IMG/VR virus record: IMGVR_UViG_3300031992_004562
Span: 32,001-96,000 of that record
Direction: 5' to 3' (one strand)
Length of the DNA: 64,000 bases
Source of the DNA: a virus
Taxonomy: Duplodnaviria > Caudoviricetes
The translations under genes and the position numbers were made by a program. Below are positions 33,652-44,485 of the stretch, one piece after another. Numbering within the stretch: position 1 is the stretch's first letter; every line of letters starts with the position of its first letter. Below the pieces are notes generated by a model, which was not told where the DNA came from, did no database searches, and was given only the letters and a program-made list of their open reading frames with translations.

Positions 33652-33809
33652 ATGAAAAACTTTTTATTAAAATTTTGTGCATACTCACTTAAAGCGATTG
33701 GAGTTATTATTGGTATTCCAGGAATTATTTTATCTGCAATTGGTTTAGGCCTATCAGATGTGTGTGAATCAATAGTTGATTATTGTGAATTAGAAAATGA
33801 AAAATAATT

Positions 33810-34175
33810 ATGTGGTGTTTAGAAAATAAAATAGTTAATGGTATGTTTTTTAAACAAACCTGTGCAATTGCACCTGAGCAATATGATGTTTTTCTTGATG
33901 AAAAATATGTTGCATATGTTAGATGCCGTTGGGGTAAATTAAAAGTTAATCCAGTAAATATTGAATTAACTATTCCAAATATTGTTAATATATCAGATTT
34001 TGATTATGAAAAAATAATGGAAGATAACAGACAATATGAAATTGGAATAGATTTTAATACACAAATTTATTTCAAAGAATGGAAAGACGATGAATTTAAA
34101 TCAGATATTCCAAAAGAAGAATTTTTAAATATCGCAGATGCAATATATAAACATTTAGGAGTTGCTAATATTTAA
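33810..34175 (+). CDS. conserved phage hypothetical protein
   Basis: TCAIAPEQYDV..VAYVRCRWG. Confidence 0.65.
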   Translation: MWCLENKIVNGMFFKQTCAIAPEQYDVFLDEKYVAYVRCRWGKLKVNPVNIELTIPNIVNISDFDYEKIMEDNRQYEIGIDFNTQIYFKEWKDDEFKSDIPKEEFLNIADAIYKHLGVANI

Positions 34176-34259
34176 AAAGAAGAGAATTGTTTCTCTTCTT
34201 TTTATTTAAATAATATTTTCATTCGTCTTATCATTACAGTATTAAATTTTTGATAATAA

Positions 34260-35351
34260 TCAAAAATCTTCAACATCATCAAGAGCCAATTGAATTCCTC
34301 TATTAACGGCTTCTAATAATGAATTTTCAAATTTTAAATTTAATATAAAGCTTTCAGATAATTTTTCTATATTTTCTTTTGAAAATGCTACAAATTTTTC
34401 AACAATTGAATTTACAAAATTTCTATCAAGCCATGGATATTTTTCATATAAATATGTTGTGTTTATCCAGGTAAATGGCTATTTTTCGCCTGATGGTGTT
34501 ATTGCAGTTCCTGTCATATATAATATATTTTCAAGTGCAAATTCATTTTCAGATTTAGATTTATCTAATAATTGTTGTAAATCTGCAAGAAATTCTTTTT
34601 CGTCATCTGCAATTTCCTATATTGCCTCTTTAACTCTATGAACAGAATATTCTGTTCTTAAAAATCTTAATACATAATTATTAAGTTTTTCAGCTGTACC
34701 ATCTTCATCTATAAAATACCATTCAGGCCTATCAGCTAATGATAAATCTGTAAATTGTCTAAATGCCATTTTATTTGGATCATTTGGATCTCTAAATAAA
34801 CCACTTTGACCAATAGATTGTGTATATTTTTTAGTATGTGTTCTATTTTCATCTTTTGTTCTAGATGCATTTAAACCTTGATATTCTGGTTTACGTCTCC
34901 AATCATTTTCTGGATAATCGGTTTCAGCTTTGCCAAAACCATGTCTTAGACGAATATTCTATTCTTCATCACCCCATTCATGATATTTTGATAGAAATCT
35001 GCCATTTTGCATCCAACGGATAACTGTACGGCTAATCTTAATAATATGTACATCACCTTCAATATCCATTGGTGCAGAATTTCTTTGTCCTGCCAACACC
35101 TATGAATATTTTTCAGAATCTTTAAAAGATTGTAAACGACTTTTAAATCTTGGAGAATTTTCTAATTCTTTTCCAGAAAGATATCCAGTTAGTTTTTTAT
35201 CATTTTCAATATTAACTTTCTTTCTTGAACGAGGCCCATATGATAATGCCCCATCATTTAAATAACCAATTGACACAAATAAATCATTTGGCAGTATGTT
35301 TTTTGTTAAAAATGGAATTATATCTTTACCAACTAATATACGTTCTTTCAT
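34260..35351 (-). CDS. 363-aa recoded protein carrying tag A at its extreme C-terminus
   Basis: Single frame through TAGs, ending NSLLEAVNRGIQLALDDVEDF-TGA. Confidence 0.75.
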
Positions 35352-35407
35352 ATATTTTTATACATTATATTCTTTTATTATTTATCATAATGTAATAAAT
35401 ATATTGA

Positions 35408-36361
35408 ATGGAAATAATTAATAAGAAAATAATAGAATCTGTTAATAGAGGCATATAGTTGGCATTAGATGATTTTGAAGATATTGATAATATATCATCT
35501 AATAAAAATGACATAGTGTCTTCTAGTAACTTTGATGAATATGTCAAATTTAGAAACATTATTAAAAAGATTTTAAATCATGATAGAGATCTTCCAAGAA
35601 AATTAGATGAAATTCGTGTATATAAAGAAATGATTAAATTACATGATGATTATGGTTTTCTTTATAAAGTTAATACATTAGATGAATTAAAATCTATTAT
35701 TGAAAGATTTATAGATATTTGGCCAGTTGCCACAAATAATTTTAACTGGCTAGATGTTTCTTCGTTAACAAGTTTGCAATATGCATTTAGTTCAGCATCT
35801 ATAAGAGATAAAATTGGCAAAGTAATTATAGATGAATGGAATGTTTCTAATGTAAAAGATATTCAATTTATGGCATGGCAATGCGCATATTTTGAAGCAG
35901 ATTTATCTAAATGGAATGTATCTAATCTTGAATATGCAGGCGGTGCATTTTTAGGATGTAAAAAATTTAATTCAGACTTATCTAATTGGAATGTTTCAAA
36001 TTTATATGATGCATCTTCAATGTTTTTATATTGTGATAATTTTAATTCTGATTTATCTAGATGGAATGTTTCTAATTTAGTAGATGCATCTTAGATGTTT
36101 AAAGAATGCAAAACATTTAATTCAGATTTATCTAATTGGGATGTTAGTAATGTGCAAAATGCTAATATGATGTTTTATGATTGTGAAGCTTTTAATTAGG
36201 ATTTGTCTAAATGGAATTTAGCAAAATGCAATAATGGAAATAGAGATTAGTGGTTTAGATAGGTATTTGCATATACACCAATGGAACATGAATATGATTT
36301 ATATCCAGATAAATTATTAACTGATAATATGAGAATATAGGCTACAATGAAAAAGAAATGA
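35408..36361 (+). CDS. tag-A leader plus BspA/DUF285-type leucine-rich repeat protein (recoded, 6 TAG)
   Basis: IIESVNRGI(TAG)LALDDFED; repeats FNSDLSNWNVSNL..MF and FN(TAG)DLSKWN. Confidence 0.85.
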
Positions 36362-37098
36362 AAAAATTTAATAAACATATATTAGAAGCAGTAAATAGAG
36401 GTATCTAGTTAGCTTTAGATGATTTTGAAGATATAGAAGATAATAATACTTTATCTTCAAAAAATGATGTTATAGATAGTGAAGATGTTATTAAAAACAA
36501 AATTGATTTATAGAATTTTGTTGATCTTGGTCTACCATCTAAAACATTGTGGTATAAAAGAACATTAGGTGAAACTGATAATACTTTTGGTGAATGGTAC
36601 GCATGGGGAGAAATAAAACCTAAAAATGTATATGCTTGGCATAATTACAAATATGCAAAAAGAAATGAAGAGAATTTAACTAAATATTGCAATGATAAAG
36701 TTGATGGATATAAAGGATTTACAGATAATAAAGAAACTTTAGATTTATGCGATGATATTGCATATTTAACAAATAAACATTTTAGAATTCCTTCAAGTAA
36801 TGATTTTGAAGAATTATTAGATAATTGTAACTATGAATGGATAACTGGTGATACAATTGGAATCATATTTAGGTCAAGAAAGAATGGAAATGAATTATTT
36901 TTTCCTGCATCTGGATTTATTAACGATTATGGATAGGTTGCAGAACGTGGAAAAACTGGATTATTTTGGGCAAATAATATTTCCAGTGACGCATTGCCAG
37001 AATAGGCGTATTGCTTAAGTATTGAACAGGCAAGTAATGCAGTTATAATGGCAGATAGATGTTTAGGCTTATAGATTAAACCAATATGGGTATGGTAA
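36358..37098 (+). CDS. tag-A leader plus DUF1566/Fib_succ-like CLec protein (recoded)
   Basis: ILEAVNRGI(TAG)LALDDFED; VDLGLPSKTLW, YAWGE, FFPASG. Confidence 0.82.
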
Positions 37099-37883
37099 AG
37101 AATAATAAAATATTAGAAGCCATTAATAGAGGTATATAGTTGGCACTTGATGATTTTGAAGATATAGAGAATAATAATTCTGTATCTCAATTAAGTGATG
37201 TCATAAATAGTGATGATGTAATTAAAAATAAGATAGAATTTAATAAATTCTTTGTTGATATGGGATTTCCATCTGGAACTATATGGGCTAAATACAATTT
37301 AGGTGTTAATCCATATAGAGGACTATTTATACCTCAATCTTATTATGGTAATTATTATGCATGGGGCGAAACTAAACCAAAAAATAATTATGATTGGAGA
37401 AATTATAAATTCATTTCTAGTATAAGTCCTCTTAAATTTAAAAAATATAATGGTAACAGAAAAGATAGAGAAACTCTTGATTTGCGTGATGATGCGGCAT
37501 TTGTTAATAACCCATATTCAAATATCAATGTTAGAGTGTGCCTTCCAACACCTGAACAAATTATTGAATTACAAATACATACAGATAGAGAACTTGTACA
37601 TAATTACAAAGGTATTGCAGGATTAAATGTTGTAATTTTAACATCTAGATGCAATGGTAAAAAATTGATGTTTCCTCTTGGAGGATTTAAAGATGAAGAA
37701 CAAACGAAATATGTTGGTGAAACTGGTTTTATAATGTCAAAATATATGGATAAACAATATAATCATAGGGCATATGGAATTAGTTTTTAGATTAAATACA
37801 CTGGAGGAAAACATTTGGATTTTAAATTTGATTATATTGGGAAAAAGACTGGTGTAAATGTAAGACCAGTAATAATGAAATAA
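37092..37883 (+). CDS. tag-A leader plus DUF1566/Fib_succ-like CLec protein (recoded)
   Basis: ILEAINRGI(TAG)LALDDFED; VDMGFPSGTIWAKYNLG, YYAWGE, GVNVRPV. Confidence 0.85.
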
Positions 37884-37909
37884 AAAGGACTCTAAATTAT
37901 AGAGTCCTT
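37884..37909. terminator. bidirectional terminator, near-identical to the one at 9020
   Basis: aaaggactctaaattatagagtccttt. Confidence 0.75.
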
Positions 37910-37914
37910 TAATT

Positions 37915-39153
37915 TTATCGTCTAACTGAACCAGAACTTCTAGAACCACCACTTGATCTTGAGCCTCCTGAATATCCACCACCTCTACTTGAACTTCCAC
38001 TGCTTGGTCTTGAGCCACCATATGAACCAGATGGTCTTGAAACTGAACCACTTGACCTATATGAAGACTGTGTAGGTGTACTTTGTCTAGTAGGCATACT
38101 AGTTGTTCGTGTTGAAGTAGATGAACTTCTTTGAACAGTTGATGTTTGTGTAGTACGTGTAGGAGTGTCTGTTCTATTAATATTTGTATTTGACGTACGT
38201 GTAGGTTGTTGTATTCTTGAAGAACTTTGAGTATTTGTACTTCTTTGTGTAACACCTGTACTTCTTTGTGTAGAAGTTGTCGATGTACGTTGTGTAGAAT
38301 TTACAGATGTTCGTTGAGATTCTGCTGAACGTGTTGATACTGTATTCCTACTATCAAATGTTCTGGCTGAATTAAAATTAGGTTGCCTTGCTGAACCATC
38401 TCTATGGGATACACCTGTTCTCTTTAAATCACCTGCATTTCTATATCCAGTATTTCTTACACTAAATGAATTCGTTGGATGTGCTGTTGCATAATCTCTA
38501 CGTGTTACTCCACTATGTATTGTATTATATCCATGATGTGGATGGCGCCCATGATGGAATGAACAATAATGATGGTGATGATGGAATCTATAGCATCTAT
38601 CCCAGTACCATCTATATGTGTAGCAAGGACGATAATACCACCATCTTGGATAATATCCCCAATACCAAGGAGATTCCCAACAATACCAATGTGATGACCA
38701 GAACCAATTATAAATTACAGGCTTATAAATATATACCGGTTCAATAATATAATTTGTACCGTAGATATATTCATCACCAATAATTTGAACTGACACTTCT
38801 TGTGTCTGATTATCTTTTTCAACATAGATAGATGCAACGTCTTGATATATGTCTTTTGCAAGAACAGCTTGAATAACAATTAATTTATTATCTGCTGTGC
38901 CTGCTTCAACAACTCTCAAATAATCAATTTGATTGTCACCATTCAGGTCAAGATTTGAAAATGCACTATCAGGATTATTAAGCATATTCTCAAATTGTTC
39001 TGTAGTACTTGCTTCTGCAAAAAGTTTAGCCACTACTCTAAGATCTAAACTTTGTGAAATGTCTTCACTATTAGCAGAAACGGTAATTGTCTCTTGTGCA
39101 AATGTTAATACTCCAATTAACATCATTGCTAAATATAAAAATACTCGTTTCAT
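37915..39153 (-). CDS. Bacteroidetes-type secreted protein with an EF-hand-like motif, W/Y/H-rich segment and S/T/R low-complexity tail
   Basis: signal peptide; DLDLNGDNQIDY-like loop (NLDLNGDNQIDY); WESPWYWGYYPRWW; RSSGGSR tail. Confidence 0.8.
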   Translation of the reverse strand: MKRVFLYLAMMLIGVLTFAQETITVSANSEDISQSLDLRVVAKLFAEASTTEQFENMLNNPDSAFSNLDLNGDNQIDYLRVVEAGTADNKLIVIQAVLAKDIYQDVASIYVEKDNQTQEVSVQIIGDEYIYGTNYIIEPVYIYKPVIYNWFWSSHWYCWESPWYWGYYPRWWYYRPCYTYRWYWDRCYRFHHHHHYCSFHHGRHPHHGYNTIHSGVTRRDYATAHPTNSFSVRNTGYRNAGDLKRTGVSHRDGSARQPNFNSARTFDSRNTVSTRSAESQRTSVNSTQRTSTTSTQRSTGVTQRSTNTQSSSRIQQPTRTSNTNINRTDTPTRTTQTSTVQRSSSTSTRTTSMPTRQSTPTQSSYRSSGSVSRPSGSYGGSRPSSGSSSRGGGYSGGSRSSGGSRSSGSVRR

Positions 39154-39165
39154 AATAGTTAGGAT

Positions 39166-39444
39166 TTAATTTTTTAATATATTTTCTGGTATGTTTAACA
39201 ATTTAATTAATTTTTTAGGCGCCGGATGATAACAATCTGATTGATCGACTGTTAATGTTCCACCTTCCCAATCATCCCATTGTTGAGAAATTATTGGTTT
39301 ACCACGTTTTTTAAAATACACATTCCACCATTGTTTATATGGTATTGGCTTATATGTACGATAATCATAATCTTCTGCCAATAATACGGCTGTGCCAAAA
39401 TTATCTATAACAACAGTGTTCTTTTTAAAAATGTAATGTCCCAT
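39166..39444 (-). CDS. hypothetical protein
   Basis: first gene after the early-type promoter at 39463. Confidence 0.6.
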   Translation of the reverse strand: MGHYIFKKNTVVIDNFGTAVLLAEDYDYRTYKPIPYKQWWNVYFKKRGKPIISQQWDDWEGGTLTVDQSDCYHPAPKKLIKLLNIPENILKN

Positions 39445-39653
39445 ATATTTTAATGTTTTAACGATACAAAATTAATATTTTTATTTTATAATAAAAAATA
39501 GAAGTTAATTTTTGATTATTTATTGTTTATAATTATATACTACAAAAAGTGTGCCAAACTTTTTTGAATATTAATAAGAGATAATAAAATATTAAAAAAT
39601 GAAAACTAGAACCTAAGCTCTAGTTTTCAAATAAAAATATTTAATATGAATTA

Positions 39654-40415
39654 TTAATTTACATTTTGATATGCAACTACAATAACTGTATAATATGAAG
39701 TAGTAGTTTGTTGTCCACCTTTAACTTCTCTACTTATATATGATTGATTGCTAATTGTTTTAAATTGTAAAGCATATTTGTTAATTGCATCTTCACCATA
39801 AAGATGTTTTATATTATTTTCTGCATCTTCCTGAGCCAATCTTTTAGCCTCACTTTCTGTATTTGCACAACCTACACCAGATGCAGCATAACGATTATCA
39901 CTATCATCATCTAATGCATATAAAACTTTAACAAAATCTGCTGCAGCTTGTTTTTTAACAGCTTCTAATTCTTCACCACTTTGTATTCCTCTTGCATGTG
40001 TCATATTAACAGTAGATGTTACCATACTATTACGAAGACTATCATCAAATTGTTGATTTGTTATTGCATTTGCAGAAAATGTACTTGATAATAAAGTTAT
40101 TGTTGTTAAAACACCATATAAAGTTTTTTGACCTTTAGATGCAGCTTTCTTTACTACATCTGCAATAAATTTGCAAGATTTATTTCCAAATTTATTTTTA
40201 ACTTTATTTAATGTTTTATTTAATGGCTCTTTAAATTTCTAAAAAATGTTTGTAGATTCACCTTCATTTAATGCAAATATATATGATAAACCATATTCTT
40301 CTAATAAATTTGCAGAAGATGATTCTTTATCCATTTCAGTTAAAGCTTTTTTGACTTCTTTGGCAACAGAAGTCATAATGCTTTCATATAATGCTTTTTT
40401 ATTATAATTTTTCAT
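39654..40415 (-). CDS. tag-B leader protein with an internal signal-peptide-like segment (recoded)
   Basis: MKNYNKKALYESIMTSVAKEVKKALTE; KGQKTLYGVLTTITLLSSTFSANA. Confidence 0.75.
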
Positions 40416-40432
40416 AATTAAAAATTAATTTA

Positions 40433-40762
40433 TTATTCTTCATTATCATTATCAAATTCTTCTTCTGTCTCATCAAATGGGCCTTCCATTCCTGACAATA
40501 TATCAGCAGCTTCACCTAAGCCATCTGCTAATTCACGAACATAATCAGATAATTCTTCATATGTTTCACAACTTGTGAAAGCACCACGACGGCATGATTC
40601 GACTTCATACTTCAAATCATAGATTTTATCTAAGACTTCAGTTAAGAAATCTAATTCATTCTCATCCCATCCATCCATTGTAGATTCATTAAGAGCTTTT
40701 TTAACATGGGTTGATACCGCTTTCATAACGCTCTCAAATATTTTTTTATTTTCTCTAGTCAT
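40433..40762 (-). CDS. tag-B leader acidic protein
   Basis: MTRENKKIFESVMKAVSTHVKKALNE. Confidence 0.75.
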   Translation of the reverse strand: MTRENKKIFESVMKAVSTHVKKALNESTMDGWDENELDFLTEVLDKIYDLKYEVESCRRGAFTSCETYEELSDYVRELADGLGEAADILSGMEGPFDETEEEFDNDNEE

Positions 40763-40788
40763 AATTATATAAAAATATCTTTTTATTT

Positions 40789-41469
40789 TCAATCTTCACC
40801 TCTTTCCCATTGTTCATCTTTCCAACGATCATACGCATCATCGTCATCATCATTGAAATATTCTTCATCGTAGTTATTATCTACGATTTCACTGATTTCA
40901 TCAACGAAACAATCATCTAATTTATTTTTAACAATTTCTTCTTTTGTTAAAACTGTATGATTATTATTGACATCTACGACATCTATTTCAACACCGGTAA
41001 TAGTAATAGTATCAACTTCTCCATATCCTCCCTCTGGTGGTTGATAGTAGTCGCCTGGACGATAAGGAACATAATCCCATGTAACATCAAAATCAACATT
41101 AATAGTTATATCTGAACATGGTACCTATACATAAATTGTTCCACCGCTCATTTCTGTATCTGAATCATAAATATAATTTTCATAATAAGAATATGCATTT
41201 GGATAGAATTTCTTATATTGTCTAGCCATTATAGACCAATCTATATTAGCAACAAAATTAATCAATTCATCTCTTGACATATTTTCAGCCAAAACATATT
41301 TTTCACCATCTCTGATTGTTTTGAAATTTGCTGGCAATTCGTCAAAATGAATTGCATCCAATTCGGCTTCATGATAGCTAGAATATATTTTTTCTTCTTC
41401 CAATAATGCCTTTTTAACTTCTTTTGCTACAGCTGACATTATTGATTCATATAGTTCTTTTTTATTCAC
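40789..41469 (-). CDS. tag-B leader acidic protein (GTG start, recoded)
   Basis: VNKKELYESIMSAVAKEVKKALLE; TAG at 41125 read through to TGA at 40789; PGDYYQPPEGG. Confidence 0.72.
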
Positions 41470-41555
41470 AATAATCCTATATTTGTTTTTATATTTATTT
41501 TTGTAAAAAAACATTTTTGGGTTACTATGTTATAATTAATAAATATTAAAAATAT

Positions 41556-41628
41556 TGCCCCATTGCATAATGGCAGTGCGCATGACTCTAAATCATGGTC
41601 AGTCTCGGTTCGATTCCGAGTGGGGCTG
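41556..41628 (+). tRNA. amber suppressor tRNA (anticodon CTA), Gln-like
   Basis: Acceptor GCCCCA/TGGGGC, D arm GCAT-AATGGCA-GTGC, anticodon arm CATGA-CTCTAAA-TCATG (CTA at 41588-41590), T arm CTCGG-TTCGATT-CCGAG; unpaired U1/U72, G73; CCA not encoded. Confidence 0.93.
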
Positions 41629-41632
41629 CAAA

Positions 41633-41666
41633 TAAAACAGATAAATTTTTATATTTATCTGTTTTA
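41633..41666 (+). terminator. hairpin downstream of the tRNA
   Basis: taaaacagataaat..atttatctgtttta. Confidence 0.65.
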
Positions 41667-41677
41667 ATTTTTAATAA

Positions 41678-41983
41678 ATGCAATTAACAAAAGAAAATAT
41701 AGATACATATATTGGAGAAATATTTAGAAATCGTGGATATATGTCAACATCATCACAAAAAAATTCTCCATGGGGCAAAAGATGGAATGAATGGGAATTG
41801 TTAATTCATATTACGGGTGACACGCAATATATAGATATTAATAAGGTATTTACACCTGACAAGATAGATTGTGAAGAACAAAATGAATTATTACTTCCAC
41901 GAAATACTTTACTTCGTTTAGATAGTTATAAAATAATGCGAAATAAGGAAAAAACTTATTTGCTTGAGATGTCTATAATTTAA
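41678..41983 (+). CDS. ADP-ribosyltransferase (VIP2/exoenzyme-like) C-terminal half
   Basis: RGYMSTS and EQNELLLPRNT motifs; no upstream catalytic Arg strand. Confidence 0.65.
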   Translation: MQLTKENIDTYIGEIFRNRGYMSTSSQKNSPWGKRWNEWELLIHITGDTQYIDINKVFTPDKIDCEEQNELLLPRNTLLRLDSYKIMRNKEKTYLLEMSII

Positions 41984-42000
41984 AACAAAGTTTAATTTTA

Positions 42001-42366
42001 ATGATAACTTTTGAATATAATGGAAAAATTTATAAACCTTCAAATCTTGAAAATAAATTGAAAAAGTTAGGTATTACAATAAATGATGTAAAGATTATTG
42101 ATGATACTAAAACAAATGCAGAAAAAGAAAGAGAAGAAAGAAGCCAACAAATTTCTAATAATGAAGAAACTGTTGATGTTTATTGGGATAATAGATGTAA
42201 AGGCTGGTTTCTCGTAGATAGAAGATTTCCATATTCAACAGATTGGGGAATAAGATTTTTTCAAGAAATTGAAAATGGAAGATATAAATTAGTTCAACAT
42301 GATGTAAATAAAAATAATTTATATGAGTTTTTTGAAGAAAATTTTAAAAAGGTTATAGCTATTTGA
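42001..42366 (+). CDS. hypothetical protein
   Basis: ORF. Confidence 0.6.
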   Translation: MITFEYNGKIYKPSNLENKLKKLGITINDVKIIDDTKTNAEKEREERSQQISNNEETVDVYWDNRCKGWFLVDRRFPYSTDWGIRFFQEIENGRYKLVQHDVNKNNLYEFFEENFKKVIAI

Positions 42367-42420
42367 AGCAAATAAACTTTTTAATAATAAATAACATATA
42401 ATAATTGATAATAGAAAATT

Positions 42421-42489
42421 CTTCTATGACATCGGGATTGATTTAGATCCTTTGAGAATTGTTAAAGATTCAAAGATGCCGTAGAGAAG
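42421..42489 (+). ncRNA. candidate structured 5'-UTR RNA (three-way junction)
   Basis: Closing stem cttctatgacatc/gatgccgtagagaag encloses hairpins ggatt-gattta-gatcc and tttga..tcaaa. Confidence 0.4.
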
Positions 42490-42514
42490 TTATAAAAATA
42501 AATTTAAATGACTT

Positions 42515-43405
42515 ATGAAAAAGACTAATTATTCAAACATTGCAGCTATTGCTGTTGACAAATCTCTCTTAAAAGAGTATCAAACTTCTTACGGAAGAAC
42601 AGTTTATCTTGACAAAGATTCCGAATTCCAAATTAAATTATTTAATCCTTATTCATTTACTGTTGGTGCTGAAATTATCATCAATGGTAAATCTCTTGGT
42701 GACACATTGATTATTAAACCTGGCCAATTAATTTGGTTAGAGCGTTATTTTAATGAAGCACGCAAATTCAGATTTGATGTTTATGAGGTTGACGCACAGG
42801 CAGAAGAAGTAAAACAAGCCATTAAAAACAATGGTGATATTGTAATAAAGTTTTATAAAGAAAAGGAACATGTAAGACGAGGTCTTGATATTTGGGCATC
42901 TAATGCACCAGTATATAATGGGTATAATATTAATGGTACTACATATACTAATGGAATACCAGATATTTGTAAAAATATGACATTTAGTGCAACTGATATG
43001 GTTAACACTACATATACAAATAATGTTCCAGATGGTGCTCTTAGATGTGAACTTTCTGCATCAAGTTGTAATTATTCAAATTCACAACCAATTTCCCAAC
43101 CTATAAGTAAAGGATTTGGTAATTTAAATTTAAATAAATTGCGTAGTGCTACAATGGATAGTGCTACAATGGAAACTGGCCGAGTAGAAAAAGGTGGTTA
43201 TTCTGATCAAAGATTTATGACAGTAGATATTGATTTAGAATCTTGGCCATTTGTAACTGAAGAAATTAAGTTATTGCCTAAATCTCAAAAACCAGTTTAT
43301 AAAGAGGACTTGGAAAAATTATATTGCCCACAATGCGGTCGTAAAGTTAAAACAAAATTTAAATATTGTCCATTCTGTGGTGGAAAACTTTAGGAAATAT
43401 TCTAA
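42515..43405 (+). CDS. conserved hypothetical protein with a C-terminal double zinc ribbon; TAG at 43391 followed by TAA at 43403
   Basis: EFQIKLFNP, WLERY..ARKFRF, ETGRVEKG, CPQCG..CPFCG. Confidence 0.8.
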
Positions 43406-43518
43406 AAATATTTAAAATATTATAAACAAAAATAGAGGCGGGTAATAAAATTATCAGCTTCTATTTTTCTATTTAAGATAAAAGTATTAATTTTGTAACG
43501 AAATTAAAAGTAAAATAT

Positions 43519-43926
43519 ATGAACAAGTTACATTGTATTTATATTGATAGTGACTATCCAAGTCTTGGAAGGATGATTGAAAAGTTTGACAAAGGAATAC
43601 TTCGTCCAGATGATGGTACTTTCAATATTCCTTCTCAATTACATGGATTAAATGACGAATACTTATGGATTTTGTTGAATGGACGAATGATTCACATATT
43701 CATTGTAGATTGGGTTGACGAAGAAACACATCAACATAGTCAATATACTAATGGAGAAGATATTGAAATCCTTAAAAGATTTGCATATGATCCTAATGCA
43801 GAATTTGCTGAAAAACTTGGTAGATTATCATGTCTGGTAACGCAGTCTGTTATAAATCTTGATTCAATTGACAAAGAACGTGTAAAAACATTTTGGAATG
43901 ACTATTATAATCATAATTTAAAATAA
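43519..43926 (+). CDS. hypothetical protein
   Basis: first gene after the early-type promoter at 43458. Confidence 0.65.
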   Translation: MNKLHCIYIDSDYPSLGRMIEKFDKGILRPDDGTFNIPSQLHGLNDEYLWILLNGRMIHIFIVDWVDEETHQHSQYTNGEDIEILKRFAYDPNAEFAEKLGRLSCLVTQSVINLDSIDKERVKTFWNDYYNHNLK

Positions 43927-43933
43927 AAATAAT

Positions 43934-44218
43934 ATGGCTACAAAATTTCAAAAAGTATGTAATAAATTGAATAAGATTCTTGAGAATCGTCCTGAGAATC
44001 GTGAAGAATTTATTAATATGATCAATGATATAATTGAAAAAGAAGTATTTAATAAGGGAGGTGATTTATATTGGGGTAGAGAATTATTCATTGATTCGAA
44101 TTTTGACACTGAAGAGTGTAGAAAAAAGATACATCGAACTGATGTGATGTTTAGAGATACTAGAGATCCGGTTGAACATCCTGGAATTACACTTTGTTAT
44201 AAATCAGAAGAAGCATAA
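43934..44218 (+). CDS. hypothetical protein
   Basis: ORF in operon. Confidence 0.6.
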   Translation: MATKFQKVCNKLNKILENRPENREEFINMINDIIEKEVFNKGGDLYWGRELFIDSNFDTEECRKKIHRTDVMFRDTRDPVEHPGITLCYKSEEA

Positions 44219-44222
44219 GAAT

Positions 44223-44468
44223 ATGAAAACATTTGATTGGAAAAATGCAAAAGAGGAATTACCAAAAGAGGCATGTCATTATCCTGAGATTTGGTGTTCT
44301 CAACAAGTTTTAACGAGAAAAAAGTTTAAAACCAAAGAAGGCATTGAACGATATCATTATGAGGTTTGTATGTATAATTTTGATCATGGCGGAAGTTGGA
44401 TGATTCTTAATAATCAGTTTAAATTCTATGAACCAGACGAATGGTGTGAACTTGAAATTTTTGCATAA
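44223..44468 (+). CDS. DUF551-like small phage protein
   Basis: WKNAKEELP..VL..W pattern; ATG at 44223. Confidence 0.5.
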   Translation: MKTFDWKNAKEELPKEACHYPEIWCSQQVLTRKKFKTKEGIERYHYEVCMYNFDHGGSWMILNNQFKFYEPDEWCELEIFA

Positions 44469-44485
44469 AAATAAAATAAACTAAT

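Noticed and set aside
36900-37883. Active DGR variable regions in the other CLec paralogs
   Set aside because: Their C-termini contain many purine-ending codons (K, E, TAG) and lack the NNY bias seen at 21904-22068.
37737-38747. ORF-track entries 37737..38255 and 38466..38747
   Set aside because: Alternate-frame or antisense shadows of the low-complexity 37915..39153 gene.
41556-41628. Pyrrolysine tRNA
   Set aside because: It has a standard D loop with GG and a TTC T loop, no pyl genes are seen, and the paralog alignments point to Gln.
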